From assembly GCF_963921235.1 (NCBI RefSeq), contig NC_086097.1, forward strand, positions 222,706,001 through 222,770,000: 64,000 nt of DNA, given 5' to 3'. The notes beneath the pieces were generated by a model. The model was not told the DNA's origin. It searched no databases and saw only the letters and a list, made by a program, of their open reading frames with translations. The position numbers and the translations under genes were made by a program. Every line of letters begins with the position of its first letter. Position 1 is the stretch's first letter. This document shows positions 24,901 through 37,432 of the stretch, one piece after another. The DNA comes from Mobula hypostoma. Its lineage: Eukaryota.

Positions 24901-27135
24901 TTTTTTCCCTCTTTTTCGAGGTACTTGACAAAGTTGTCCTCTTAGTCCTTTATTATTTGATATTGCATTAGAACCTCTTGCAATTGCCATTCGAGAATCT
25001 CCAAATATTACCGGGATAACTCGGGGCTTAAAGTCCCATAAAATATCACTCTATGCTGATGACTTACTTTTATATATTTCTAATCCTCAAAAATCCATCC
25101 CTGCTGTTTTAGAGTTATTAGCACAATTTAGTCTCTTTTCAGGTTATAAATTAAATCTTAGTAAGAGTGAACTTTTCCCGATTAATAAACAACTTCCCTT
25201 ATATCATAACTTTCCATTTAAATTGATTAGTAATTATTTTTCATATCTTGGGATTAAAATTACTTGTAAATACAAAGATTTATTTAAGATTAACTTTTTA
25301 CCCTTAATTGACCATATTATTCAACTTTCATCTAAATGGTTTCCTTTATATTTAATTTATATTGGTCGTATTAATGCAGTTAAAATGTTTTTTTTGCCAA
25401 AATTTCTATATATATTTCAGGCATTACCAATCTTTGTTCCAAAATCTTTTTTTGATAAAGTTGACTCAAAAATTTCTTCATTTATTTGGCAGAATAAAAA
25501 CCCAAGACTGGGTAAAATACATTTACAGAAAGCTAAGAGAGATGGAGGTTTAGCATTACCTAACTTTAGATTCTATTATTGGGCAATTAATATTCGACAT
25601 ATGAAATTTTGGTTACTTGACCAGGATATACTATCCATTCCTAAATGGGTAGCATTGGAATTACAATCTGTTCAGGGCTATACACTTGGCTCTATTTTAG
25701 GTTCCTCTCTTCCTTTTGATTTGAAACACCTCAAACAGGTATCTAACCCGATAGTTAAATATACCTTACGTATTTGGTTTCAATTCAGAAAATTTTTTGA
25801 TCTTAACCAATTTGGGCTAGCGATTCCTATCTTAGGTAACATATTTTTTCCTCCCTCTTTTATGGATCATGCTTTTCAAATTTGGAAGACTAAGGGTATT
25901 TCACGGTTTTTGGATTTATTTTTAGATGGTTCCCTTATGTCTTTTGAACAATTATCTAATAAATATAATTTATCAAGAATACATTTTTTTAGATATCTAC
26001 AAGTTAGAAATTTCCTAAGTACTATACTTTCTTCTTTTCCAATGCTTCCTCCTACATACATTTTAGATACTATAATTAACCTTAATCCATGTCAGAAAGG
26101 TGCATCGGCTATGATTTATAATATTATTATGAAACTTAGGAAAGCTCCATTTGATAAGATTAGGGTAGATTGGGAACAAGAATTGGGGTCTATCATTTCC
26201 ATGGATGACTGGGGGGCAGATTTTACAATTAGTCAATACTTCCTCTATCTGTGCTAAACATTCCCTAATTCAATTTAAAGTTGTTCATAGAGCACATATG
26301 TCCAAAGATAAATTAGCTTGCTTTTATTCTCATATTAATCCTTTTTGTGATAGATGTTCGGGGCAGATAGCCTCTTTAACTCATATGTTTTGGTCTTGTC
26401 CTACTCTGGAAACTTTTTGGAGAGACATTTTTAATATTATCTCCAAGGTATTGAATATGGATATCTCTCCTCACCCTATTACTGCTATCTTTGGATTATC
26501 TAAAATTTCCAGTAATCTTTCTCCTTCAGCCCGTAGAATGATTGCATTTCTTACTTTAATGGCGAAAAGATGTATCTTACAACATTGGAAAGAGCTTAAT
26601 GCTCCAACTACCTTTTTTTGGTTTTCTCAGACGATATTATGCTTGAATTTGGAGAAAATTAGAAGCAATCTTTATGATTCCTCACTTAAATTTGAACAGA
26701 CCTGGAGATCTTTTATTCAATATTTTCATTTAATGTAATTTTTTTTCTCCTCTTTTTTTGCTCCATATTTATATACCCTTCTTGTTTTTTTTTTACTGTT
26801 TTTAATGGAGGTCGGGATTGAGGACGTGATTTTAAGTTTTTTAACTCTGTTTGGTTCCAAGTTAGCCCATTGCTTTGCTTTGCTTTTAGTTAGTTGCACG
26901 GTGGTTTTTTTGGGGTTTTTTTTTTCCTTTTCTCTATTGATATATATATATATATATATAAAAATTAGTATACTATTATGTTACCTTAGTATGTTATGTT
27001 TAAATTACATTGTTTGTATCATTTTTTTTGTATTAATACCTCCTGTTATTTTATTATATTCTAACAGTGTATTAGTGCCTATATGGCTTACCTTTTTGTA
27101 TACTTATTCAATAAAAAAATTTAAAAAGAAAGAAA
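21906..27135 (+). mobile_element. L1 LINE: ORF1 C-terminus, near-intact ORF2 (EN-RT-CCHC, 22961-26738), 3'UTR and A-rich tail; 8-bp TSD
   Basis: VSWNTNGL, FLQETH, SRIDYF, SDHAP, KAPGPDG, LDAEKAFD, YADD, CDRC..HMFWSC. One TGA (24926) and one frameshift (~26215). TSD GATATGTC at 21898-21905 and 27136-27143, splitting a Rex1 remnant. Confidence 0.95.
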
Positions 27136-27779
27136 GATATGTCACCAAGGACTCCAGCAAATCTCTACAGATTATTGTGGAGAGCATTCCTACTGGTTGG
27201 GTCACCACCTGGAATGGAAGCGCCAGTAACAGGGTCAAAAGAGGCCATAGACTCAGCCTGATTCATCTAATCTGTTGGTTTAGGCAGCCTGCTCCTGCTT
27301 GCTTTTTTATGTTGCTGTGTCACTTTCATGCCAAAGTCAAAGGCAGCAAAGCCTACTACTTCCTGCCAACTTCATAAGTTCCACATTGACTAATATAGTC
27401 CCAAAGCTTCCAGCATTGCTGCCAGATAAAAAAGTGTAACCGGAACAGATATTGATTGTATTAATCTTCACTGTAAAATATTTTGAGATGAGAATGCTTT
27501 GGTGAAGGGATGAAGAAAACAGCATCCGAAGAAGCAAAGGAAGTGGAAATAAGAAATACTTCTAGCCTAACAGGATCCAATACTAGATCTGTCCCAGAAT
27601 GCTATTTGTCCTGCAGAGAGGATCAGGTTAACGGTGACCACCAACAGCTCATCATCAATCTCTTTGAAACTTACTTTGGAGTGAGAAACTTGGGGAATTT
27701 GCAGCAGACTCAGTAAATCAGTGTCATTATTTCAGTTCTACTTAACACTACAAACAGCTTACATTGATGAATAGGCCAG

Positions 27780-28725
27780 ATACACAAACATGAGAAAATC
27801 TGCAGATTTTGCAAAGCATCACGCACAAGAGGAGGACCTCAGCAGGCCAGGCAGCAATCTATGGAAAAGAGTATGGTCAACTCTTTGGACCGAGACCCTT
27901 CAACAGGAAAGGAAGGGGAAAAGTAGGAATAAGAATGTGGGGGGAGAGGAGAAAGAAGTACAAAGTGGCAGGTGATAGGTGAACCTGGGAGAGGGGGAGG
28001 GGATGAAGTTTAGAGCTGGGACGTTGATTGGTGAAAGAGATGCAGGGCTGGAGAAGAAGGAATCTAATGGGAGAGGAAGACCATGGAAGAAAGAAAAGGG
28101 GAGGAGCACCAGAGGGAGGTGATGGACAGGTAAGGAGATAAGGTGAGAGAGGGAAATGTGAATGGAGAATGGGGAAAGTTGGGGAGGTCATTACCGGGAG
28201 TTGAAGAAATCAATCTTCATGCCATTAGGTTGGAAGCTACCCAGACGGAACATAAGGTGTTAGTCTTCCAATCTGAGTGTGGCTGCATTGTGGCAGAAGA
28301 GGAGGGCGTGGACTGACATGTCAGAATCAAAGTGGGAAATGAAGTTGAAACGGGTGGCCACCGGGAGACCCCGCATTTTGTGGCAGATGGAGTGAAGGTG
28401 CTCAATGGGACGGTCTCCCAATCTACGTCATTTCTCACCAATACACAGGAGGCCTCTCTGGGAGTGCCGTATACAGTGTTTGACCCCGACAGACTCGCAG
28501 ATGAAAACCTGGAAGGTCTGTTCGGGGCCCTGAATGATAGTGAGGGAGGAGGTGTGGGGTCAAGTGTGGCACTTGTTCTGCTTGCAAGGATAACTACCGG
28601 AGGGAGATCGGTGGAGGGGGATGAGTGGACAAGGGAGTCACATTGCCAGCGAACCTTGCGGAAAGTGGAGAGTGGGAGGGGAGCAGGGAAATATGTGCTT
28701 GGTGGAGAAATCCTATTGAAGATGG
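27780..28725 (-). mobile_element. Degraded Penelope 3' part
   Basis: Homologous to 19991-20970; degenerate hammerhead at ~27876-27908. Confidence 0.85.
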
Positions 28726-29727
28726 CTAGGTACAATCCTATTAAAAATAGTGCTTGTTGCTGCATTAAGCGAAGATAATCTGTTTCCTTAGGATATGAAT
28801 TTGAAATACATGCCCCAGAATTTAACTAAAGACAATGTGTTGTGCTTGTAGAGGCACAACAGACAACAGACTATGTGGTCATTATTGCATGTAACCCTAG
28901 CAGATAGCCATATTTTCACGGAAGAGCAAAGCAGGCCTGGGGGCTGAACAACCTTCAACCTTGAGCGGTAAAGTAAAGAGCTGGGAAGTTGATTGGTGAA
29001 AGAGATATAGGGCTGGAGAAATGGGAATCTGATAGGAGAGGACAGAAGGCCATGGAAGAAAGGAAAGGCAGGAGGAGCACCAGGAGCAGGTGTTAGGCAG
29101 GTAAGGAGAAAAGGTGAGAAAGGGAGATAGGAATGGGGAGTGGTGAAGGAGAGAGGGTATTACTGAAAATTTGAGAAATCAATGTTCACGCCATCAGGTT
29201 GGAGACTGCCCAGATGGAATATAAGGTGTTGTTCCTCCAACCTGAGTGTAGCCTCATCATGACAGTAGAGGAGGCCATGGACTGACATCTCTGAAAGGGA
29301 ATGGGAAGTAGAATTGAAATGGGTGGCCACAGGGAGATCCCATTTTTTGTGGAGGACGGAGTGTAGGTGCTCGGCAAAGTGATCTCCCAATCTGTGTCGG
29401 GTCTCACTGACATGAAAGAGGCAACACCGGAAGAACCGGATGTCGCAGATAACCCCAAAAGACTCACAGATGAAGTATCGCCTTACCTGGAAGGACTGTT
29501 TGAGGCCCTGAATAGTAGTGAGGGAGGAGGTGTAACACTTGTTCCACCTGCAAGTTTGATTACCAGGAGGGAGATCAGTGTGAAGGGACAGGTCTTGGAG
29601 AATAATCTGTTGGATGTGGAGGCTGGTAGGGTGGTAGGTGAGGACAAGAGGAACCCTACTCTATCCCTGGTAGGGTGGCAGGAAGATGGGGTGAGGACAG
29701 ACATGTGCAAAATGGAAGAGATGCGGT

Positions 29728-30860
29728 TTGAATTGAATTGACTTTATTTTTTACATCCTTCACATATGTGAAGGGCAAAATCTTTACGTTACATCTCTGT
29801 GCAAATTATAGTAATCTGTAATAAACAGTATGTACAGTAAGGTATACAACACAACAGTCAATATAGCTTAGAAATACAATTGTGTCAGCGTGAATTGATC
29901 AGTCTGATGGCCTGGTGGAAGAAGCTATCCTGGAGCCTGTTGGTCCTGGCTTTTATGCTGTGGTACTGTTTCCCTTTCTTATTACTAGCTCTTATTATTG
30001 AGGTGAGTGCGATAGGATGCCATTCATCCTGACATGTTACCTTGGTCTTTTTTGGTACAGGGACAATGATGGATAATTTGAAGCAGGAGAGCACTACACT
30101 GAGAGAGGGAGAGATTAAAAATGTCTGCAAACACACCAGCCAGTTGTGCTGCGCCCACTCTGATTACCCGCCCTGGATGCTGTCTGGACCCGCAGCCATG
30201 GGCTGTTCACTCGTTAGAAACTCCTGCATACTTCAGCCTCAGAGATGACCCAGGTGCAGGTCGCGTCAGCAGCTCTTCTCGGGGGGTCAGTATTGGCGAC
30301 ATTGAACCAAGTGTAAAAAAGGTTTAGGTCATCTGGGAGAGAGGCAGCGATTTTGGCAGCACCACTGCATTTATCTTTGAATACTGCGATGGTGTGCAGA
30401 CCTTGCCATAAGCTGCGTGTGTTGTTGGTGGGGAGTTGTGTCTGGATCTTGTCCCTGTATTGTCGTTCCGCTGCCTTGATGACTTTGCATGGATCATAGC
30501 TGCATTTTTTGACTTCCTGGTGGTTACCGGCAATGAAAGCTCTGTCTCGCGTGGTGAGTGCAGCTCGCATGGATCTGCTGATCCAGGGTTTCTGGTTTGC
30601 ATAGACCCTGATAAATTTTTGGGGGACAACATCCTCAATGCACTTCCAAATAAAACTTGTGATCCCTTCCATGAACTTGGAGGCATCCTCATCATGAAAG
30701 ACATTCCAGTTGACATCATCAAGGCAGTAGCATGGAGACTGATTGGTCAGACCAACAATGGACAGTTTTAACTATGGCTGTCTCTTGTTTCAGTTTCTGC
30801 CTGTACACAGGCAGAAATAGGATGGAGAAGTGGTCAGACTTCCCAAACAGTGGACAGAAG
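29728..30860 (-). mobile_element. Rex1/Babar LINE fragment nested in the Penelope
   Basis: NQKPWI, SLWQGLHTI, LPDDLNLFY, IIVPVPKKTK; (ttcaa)n tail. Confidence 0.8.
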
Positions 30861-31315
30861 AATGCTTTGTAAGTGTTGTGGAAGGGAAAGTTGCAGTGGT
30901 CTTTGTTCTGGAATGAAAAGCATCACTCTGAGAGCAGACATGGTGGAGACGGAGGAATTGAGAGAAGGGGATGGCGAAGTAACAGGGTGGGAAGAGATAT
31001 AGTTCAAGTAGCTGTGAGAATCAGTGGGTTTACAATAAACATCAGTAGATAAACTGTCTCCAGACATAGAGACAGAGAGATCAAGAAGGAGAGGGAGGTG
31101 TCAGAAATGGAGCAGGTAAATTTGAGGAAAATTGGAGGCAAAGTTGATGAAGTCGACGAGGCCGCGTGGGAGCAGGAAGCAGCACCAATGCTGTCGTCGA
31201 TGTAGCATTGGAAAAGTTTGGGAGTGATACCAGTGTAGGCTTGGAACATAGACTGTTCCACGCAGCCAACAAACAGGCAGGCAAGGCTGGGACCCATGTG
31301 AGTACCCATGGATAC

Positions 31316-31447
31316 AAAAAGAAGCGAAATTTGCAGATGCTGAAAATCCAAGCAACACACACAAAATGCTGGAGGAACTCTGCAGGCCAGGCAGCATCCA
31401 TGGAAAAGAGTACAGTCAACGTTTTGGGCTGAGACCTTTCAGCAGGA
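31316..31447 (-). mobile_element. Solo Penelope tail/hammerhead module with an imperfect TSD
   Basis: Flanked by CCATGGATAC (31306-31315) and CCATGGCTGC (31448-31457). Begins at the hammerhead, whose core is mutated (CTGCTGA, AAAAC). Confidence 0.7.
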
Positions 31448-32575
31448 CCATGGCTGCACCTTTTGTTTGAAGGAAGTGGGAGGAACCTAAGGAGTAATTA
31501 TTAAGAGTGAGGACGAGTTCTGACAAACAGAGGAGAGTGGTGGCGGAGGGGAACTGGTTGGGCTTGGTGTCCAGAAAGAAACAGAGAACTTTGAGACCTA
31601 GACTTTCCTGTTGGGGGATGAGGTGTATAGGGACTGGACACCATAGTGAAAATACGTTTGTAAGGTGATCTGGACTAGGGAACTTGAAATCATTGAAAAG
31701 ATCAAGTGCATGAAGTGTCGCAGATGTAGGTAGGAAGGGACTGAACCAAGAGGGATAAAACTGAATCAAGGTATGCAGATATAAGTTCAGTGGGGCAGGA
31801 ACAAGTAGAGACAATGGGTCTACCTGGACAGGCAGGTTTGTGGATCTTGGGTAAGAGGTAAAAATGGGAGGTGCGGGGTATGAGAACTATAAGGTTGGTG
31901 GCAGAGGATGGGAGATCCCCAAAGTTAATAAGGTCAGTGATGGTGTGGGAGACAATGGCCTGGTGCTCCTTAGTGGAGTCCTGTTCGAGGGGTAAGTACG
32001 AGGAGGTGAAGGACAGTTGTCGCCGGGACTCAGCAAGGTAGAGGTCAGCCCACAAGACTACTACAGCACCCCCCTTAGCTGCGGGGCTGATGGTGAGGTT
32101 AGGATTAGTGCAGAGAGAGCGGAGAGCAGTGCATTTGGAAGGAGTGAGATTGGAATTGGAGAGAGGAGTGGTGAAGTCGAGACAGCTGATGTCTTGTCGG
32201 CTGTTAGCAATGAAAAGATGCAGAGCAGGTGAAGTGTCCAGGAAGAGGCGGAGGGTTGAAGATGGGAGAAGGGGTCATCGGTTCGGGGATGAAGAGTCCT
32301 TGGCAAAGAAGTAGGCTCGGAGTCGGTGGCGGAGGAAGAGCTCAGCATCATGTCGGGTGTGAAACTCACTGAGGTGTGGGCGAAGGGGGACAAAGGTGAA
32401 GCCCTTACTGAGGCAGAACGTTCTGCCTCAGAGAGGGGAAGGTCAGAGGGGATGGTGAAGGCCCGGCACAGATGAGAGCTGGGATCAGAGGGCAGAAAAG
32501 GACTGGCAGTGTCAAATGTGAGAGGAGGGTTGGGGTGTTCAGGGAAAGTGGGGTGAGAGGAAGATTAAATTTATC

Positions 32576-32630
32576 AGGGGTTCCCAACATGGGGTTAATG
32601 ATAGGGTCCATGGCATAAAAAAGGCTGTAT
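32576..32630. mobile_element. hAT-type MITE fragment abutting the TERF1 promoter
   Basis: CAGGGGTTCCCAAC terminus and GGTCCATGGCATAAAAAAGG; related copy at ~37540-37620. Confidence 0.5.
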
Positions 32631-32635
32631 TAGAT

Positions 32636-32790
32636 GTACCCGGACTCCACAACCGCCGACCTCGGGACCTATTTTGGTGGACAACGTCGGACGGCGGAAC
32701 TATTTTGGTCGGGGCTCGGCGGACGGCGGAACTATTTTGGTCGGGGCACGCCGTGCTTATTTTGCATACAGCCAAGAGTGAAAATGGCGG
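32636..32790 (+). promoter_or_regulatory. Small CpG-rich TERF1 promoter/5'UTR with a 28-bp direct repeat and a YY1-like motif over the start codon
   Basis: CpG-dense segment in otherwise CpG-poor DNA. CGGACGGCGGAACTATTTTGGTCGGGGC at 32688-32715 and 32720-32747. AAAATGGCGG at 32781-32790. Confidence 0.65.
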
Positions 32791-32970
32791 CGTGCAACAG
32801 GAGCAAGGGGCGGAATTCGGTGCAGAACAGTTTGCCTCTCAGTCGTGACTTTTCTCAAGTGATGGAGGTGGCAAGCGGCTGGATCGTGGATTTTATGTGT
32901 TACAGTCTCTACCGCTATTTCGGGGCAGGAATGATCGAGGAGTTCCGAATGATAAGGGACACCATGAATG
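32784..32970 (+). CDS. TERF1: TERF1 coding exon 1 (short N-terminus plus start of TRFH domain)
   Basis: ATG in a CpG-rich context (AAAATGGCG). Translates MAACNRSKGRNS...EVASGWIVDFMCYSLYRYF...FRMIRDTMN, matching human TRF1 AVAAGWMLDFLCLSLCRAF. Donor G|gtcagt at 32971, phase 1. Confidence 0.92.
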
Positions 32971-33129
32971 GTCAGTAAACACGACTCTCGATGATTATTT
33001 GTATTTAATTGAATTTAAAGCACATGACTTATCATTTCCTCTGTCCCAATGGAGATTCTCAACCTGAAACGCCAACATCTCCTTCCCCCTCAATCTACCT
33101 TGTTCTTCCGTTATTTCTCCACCAGATTC

Positions 33130-34228
33130 AATACTATCATTACCCCAAAACTAATCAATAAGCTTCAAGACCTTGGCTTAAATACCTCCTTACGCAATTG
33201 AATCCTCGATTCCTCACTTGGAGACTCCAGTCAGTTCGGATTGGCAACAACATTTCTTCCACAATCTCGGTCATCACAGATGCACCCTGCTCTTCTCGCT
33301 TTATACTTTAGACTGAGGCTAAGCACAGTTCCAATGCCGTATTTAAGTTTGTTGACGACACCACTGTCATCAGAATTTAGGACGACGATTGAAAATCTGT
33401 CTGAGTGATGCCACAACAACTTCTCTCACTCAATATCATCGAGACCAATCTCTAGTATTGACTTCAGGGGAGGGAAACAAAAGCTCCCTGAGCCAGTCTT
33501 AATCAAGGAATCAGGTGTAGAAAGGTTCAGCAAATTTAAATTCCTCGATATTATCATTTCAGAGGACCTGTTCTGGGGCCAGCACGTAAATTGAATTAGG
33601 AAGAAAGCAGCGCCGCCTCTACTTCCTTAGAAGTTAGCAAACATCTAAACCTTTGACAGACTCCTATTGATATACGGTGGAGAGTATTGTGATTGGTTGC
33701 ATCATGGCCTGCATATGGAAAATTATACAAAAAGTAATGGATACCCCTCTGGGTAAAGCCCTCCCAGCATATCGACCTGGAGCACTGTCGCAGGGAAGCA
33801 GCATCCATCATCAAGGACCCTCATCTTGCAGGCTATGCTCTGTTAATACTGCTGCCATCAGGACAAAGGTACTAAAGCCTCTGTATCCACACCACCAGGT
33901 TCAGGACTGTCATTTTCACTCAATCATCAGGCTCTTGAACCAGAGGAGACAATTTTACTCACCTCCATCATTGAATTGTTGCTGTAAGCTATGGACTCAC
34001 TTTCAAAGACTCACCTCGTGTTCTCAATATCTATTATCACTATTATTTCTGTGTTTTTCTTTTTGTACTTGTACAGTTTGCTGTCTTTTGTGCACATCGA
34101 TTGTTTGCCCTTCCTGTTGGGTGCAGTTTTTCGTTGATTGTATTGTGTTTCTTGAATGCTGCAAATGCCTACAAGTAAATGAATCTCAAGGCTGTAAGGT
34201 GATATATGTACTTTGAGAATAAATTTCC
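33130..34228 (+). mobile_element. Degraded Rex1/Babar LINE 3' part in TERF1 intron 1
   Basis: KFVDDTT and ESIVIGCIMA motifs; homologous to 11480-12400. Confidence 0.75.
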
Positions 34229-35271
34229 TATGAAGAATCTAGTTTCTACAGTCTCCTGTGCCTACACATCCTTTTCCCCTCTACACTACATTCCAGATGA
34301 ATGGTCTTGACTCAAAACATTGACAGTCTATTTCCCTCAGATGCTGCTTGAACTGCTGAATTCTTCCAGCAACTCTCTTTTTTTCCTCTGGATTCCAGCA
34401 CCTTCAGTATTTTGTATCTCTAAGCAAATTTGAAGGTAGCACCTTGCAGGACTTGCACCCTAACTCAAGGTTGTGGAGCAGAGTGCTGTATCAGTCCTGG
34501 AAAGTTTCAATCCTGGTTCATTTTATTATCACTGGGACACGTGAAGCTAATAAGTTATGCTGTGCTTTAGGTTGCTTCATATTATGTGTGGGATTATAGC
34601 AAAAATGGAATTAGAATCCCATTTGGACCCTAATGCATACCAATAAATACTGAAGCATGTAGTGATTAAGTAATAATCATGTTGTATTCTGTGGTGAGTC
34701 GAACTCCTTCCATAGAGGAAGAGTATTAGAGTTAATCAAGATATTGGCCAAGGTCTGATTGGCAAGGTTAAAAGGAAGAGTGGGGAAAAGGCCAAATTCA
34801 TCAATAATTGTTTTCCTTTATGCAACTTGCACTCTGGGCTTTCATCTTTCATTGTCTTTATATTCTCTGGTGCAACTATTATGGCATCTGTTTGCGTGTC
34901 TCCTGGACTGGTAACCAGGAGAATCTCTTTCTCCCTTGGGTAATGTCTTTAACCATGCATGTTGCACATTGTTTCCCTCCCTTCTACCTCATTCCTGACT
35001 CTTTCACCTTTTGTGTAAATTGTTTGACCACTTAATTTCAAATAGCTTCTTTGCCTGACAAATCTCTTCACTGCTATATGACCATTTTGTGATTTTGGTC
35101 TGTTTGTTATTTCTTCTTGGAGGACCTGGCAAGGCATGACATAATGCATTTTCAATTTCATTATTTCAAATGTGTTGTTTGGTGGGGGGGGGAGGGAGAA
35201 GAGTTTTTCTAATTAATAGGATATTTTTATGAACTTAGTAACAGTAGTACTGACAATTTCTTTTCTTTTAG

Positions 35272-35367
35272 GTTTTGTTCAGCAGCCTTCCATTATAAAG
35301 TCCAAACAGGCAAAGAAGCTGCATGTCTGCCAAATCCTATCTCGAATTGTGGAAGGAAATAATCTTG
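35272..35367 (+). CDS. TERF1: TERF1 coding exon 2
   Basis: Acceptor ttttcttttag, donor G|gtaact, 96 nt, phase 1-1. GFVQQPSIIKSKQAKKLHVCQILSRIVEGNNL matches TRF1 ICQFLTRIAAGKTL. Confidence 0.92.
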
Positions 35368-35514
35368 GTAACTATATTTTTATTGTTGGTTTATTTTCCA
35401 CCTCAATTCAAGATTTAAATAGACGAGATAATTATTTGTATGTTCTTATCAGCAACTGCTCTGTGTATAACCAGATCATGCAGACCCCCCTCGTTTCTCC
35501 TTACTGTGCCATCC

Positions 35515-37432
35515 CACAGTCTGTGGGGATGGGAAATAACATCTCTACCTCGCTAGTGATCAACGCTGGTGCACCTCAGGGATGTGTGCTTAGTCCACTG
35601 CTCTACTCTCTACCCCCATGATTGTGAGGCTAGGGACAGCACAAATGCCATCTATAAATTTGCTGATGATACAACTATTGCCGGCAGAATTTCAGATGTT
35701 GACAAGGTGTACAGAAGCGAGATAGATCAGCTAGTGCCACAGCAACAACCTTGCATTCAGTATTAGTGACACCAAAGAACTGATCGTGGATTCAGAAGGG
35801 GTAAGATGACGGAACACACACCAGTACTCATTGAGTGATCAGAAATGGATGGGTGAGCATTTTCAGGTTCCTGGGTGCCAACATCTCTAAGGATATTGAC
35901 GCTTTACACCTATGGCTGTGCGGCTCAGTACGGCTCCAACACCATATAGAAGCTTGCTGATGGCATCGTCGTTGTGGGCCGTATCAAAGGTGGTGGTGAA
36001 TCAGTATACAGGAGGGAGATGGAAAGTTTGGCTGAGTGGTATCATAACAACAAACTCTCACTCAGTGTCAGCAAAACCAGGGAGGTGATTGTAGACTTTA
36101 GGAGAGGAAAACCAGAGGTCTGTGAGCCAGTATTCATCAGAGGATCAGAGGTGGAGTGGGTCAGTAACTTTGTTCCTGGGTGTCACTATCTCAGAGGACC
36201 TGTCATGGACACATCATATAAATGTAATTGCAAAGAAAGCATGGCAGCGTCTCTACTTCCTCAGGAGTCTGCAGAGATTTGACATGTCATCAAAAACCTT
36301 GGCAAACTCCTATAGATGTGAGGTGGAAAGTGTGCTGACTGGCTGCAGTACAGCCTGGCATGGGAACACCAATGCCTTTGAGCATCCTACAGAAGGTCAG
36401 CCCAGTACATCACGGGTAAAGCCCTCCCAACCATTGAGCACATCTACATGAAACAGTGCCCTGGTAAAGCAGCAACCATCATCAAAAATCCTCACCACCC
36501 AGGCTGTGCTGTTTTATCACTACTGCCATCAGGTAGAAGGACTTGCACCACCAGATTCAAGAACAAGTTCCTACCCCTCAACCATCAGGCTCTTGAACAA
36601 AAGGGGATAACTACACTCATTCTTTTTCTGGTGTTCCCATAGCCAATAGTCTCACTTTAAGGATTCTTGTTTTCTTGTTATTTCATGCTCTCGTCATTTA
36701 TTGCTATTTATTTATATTTACATTTCTGCAATCTGTTGTTCATCGATCCTGTTTAAAGTTACTCTTCCATAGATTTTCTAAATATGCCCACAGAAAAATA
36801 ATCTCAGGGTTGTATGTGGTGACGCTCTGATAATAAGTTTTACTTTGAACTTTTTGCACTTTGATCTATCCTGGGCCCAACATGTTGATGCAGCTACAAA
36901 GAAGGCAGGACAGCGGCTATATTTCATTAAGAGTTTGAAGAGATTTGGTATGTCGCCAAAGAGACTTGCAAATTTCTACAGTTGTACCATGGAGAGCATT
37001 CTAACTGGTTGCTTCAACGCCTGGTGTGGGGGCAGGGGGCACTGCACAGGATCGAGACAAGCTGCAGAAAGTTGCAAACTCAGTCAGCTGCATCATTGGC
37101 ACTAGTCTCTCCAGTATCCAAGACACCTTCAAGGAGTGATGCCTCAAAAAAAAAGTAATCTTCACTAAGGACCCCCATCAGCCAGAACATGACCTTTTCT
37201 CATTGTTGCCATCAGGAAGGAGGTACACACGCTCAATGATTCAGGAACAGCTTCTTCCCCCTCTGCCGTCTGATTTCTGAACGGACATTGAACCCTTGAA
37301 CACTACCTCGCTACTTGTTTCTCCTTTTTCACTCCTTATTTAATTACTTACTGTAAATTACAGTTTATTTATTACAATATGCTGCTTAACAATTTCATGA
37401 CACATGCCAGTGATGTTAAACCTGATTCTGGT
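35515..37432 (+). mobile_element. Cluster of nested Rex1/Babar 3' fragments in TERF1 intron 2
   Basis: [21 protein letters not shown]; two separate RLYF..SL.RF.MS..ES.LTGC segments with different tails. Confidence 0.8.

Larger units (their letters stand above)
28975..32570 (-). mobile_element. Degraded long Penelope element split by nested insertions
   Basis: FYLLPKIHKPACPGRPIVS, MGTHMGPS, YIDDS, EEQHLIFHLGSLQPDG. Interrupted by Rex1 (29728-30860) and a solo tail (31316-31447). Confidence 0.85.

Noticed and set aside
26805..27377. 190-aa hydrophobic ORF
   Set aside because: Read-through of the T-rich L1 3'UTR, a (TA)n run and a Rex1 remnant.
27337..27720. Further minus-strand exons (donor near 27673, acceptors near 27612 and 27472)
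   Set aside because: They could not be joined in frame convincingly; at most UTR or chance sites.
32660..32760. CRISPR-like repeats
   Set aside because: Only two near-adjacent copies with no unique spacers or cas genes, in a eukaryotic context.
32634..32783. Upstream in-frame ATG extending TERF1
   Set aside because: The extension runs through the promoter repeat with no TRF similarity; ATG 32784 has better context.
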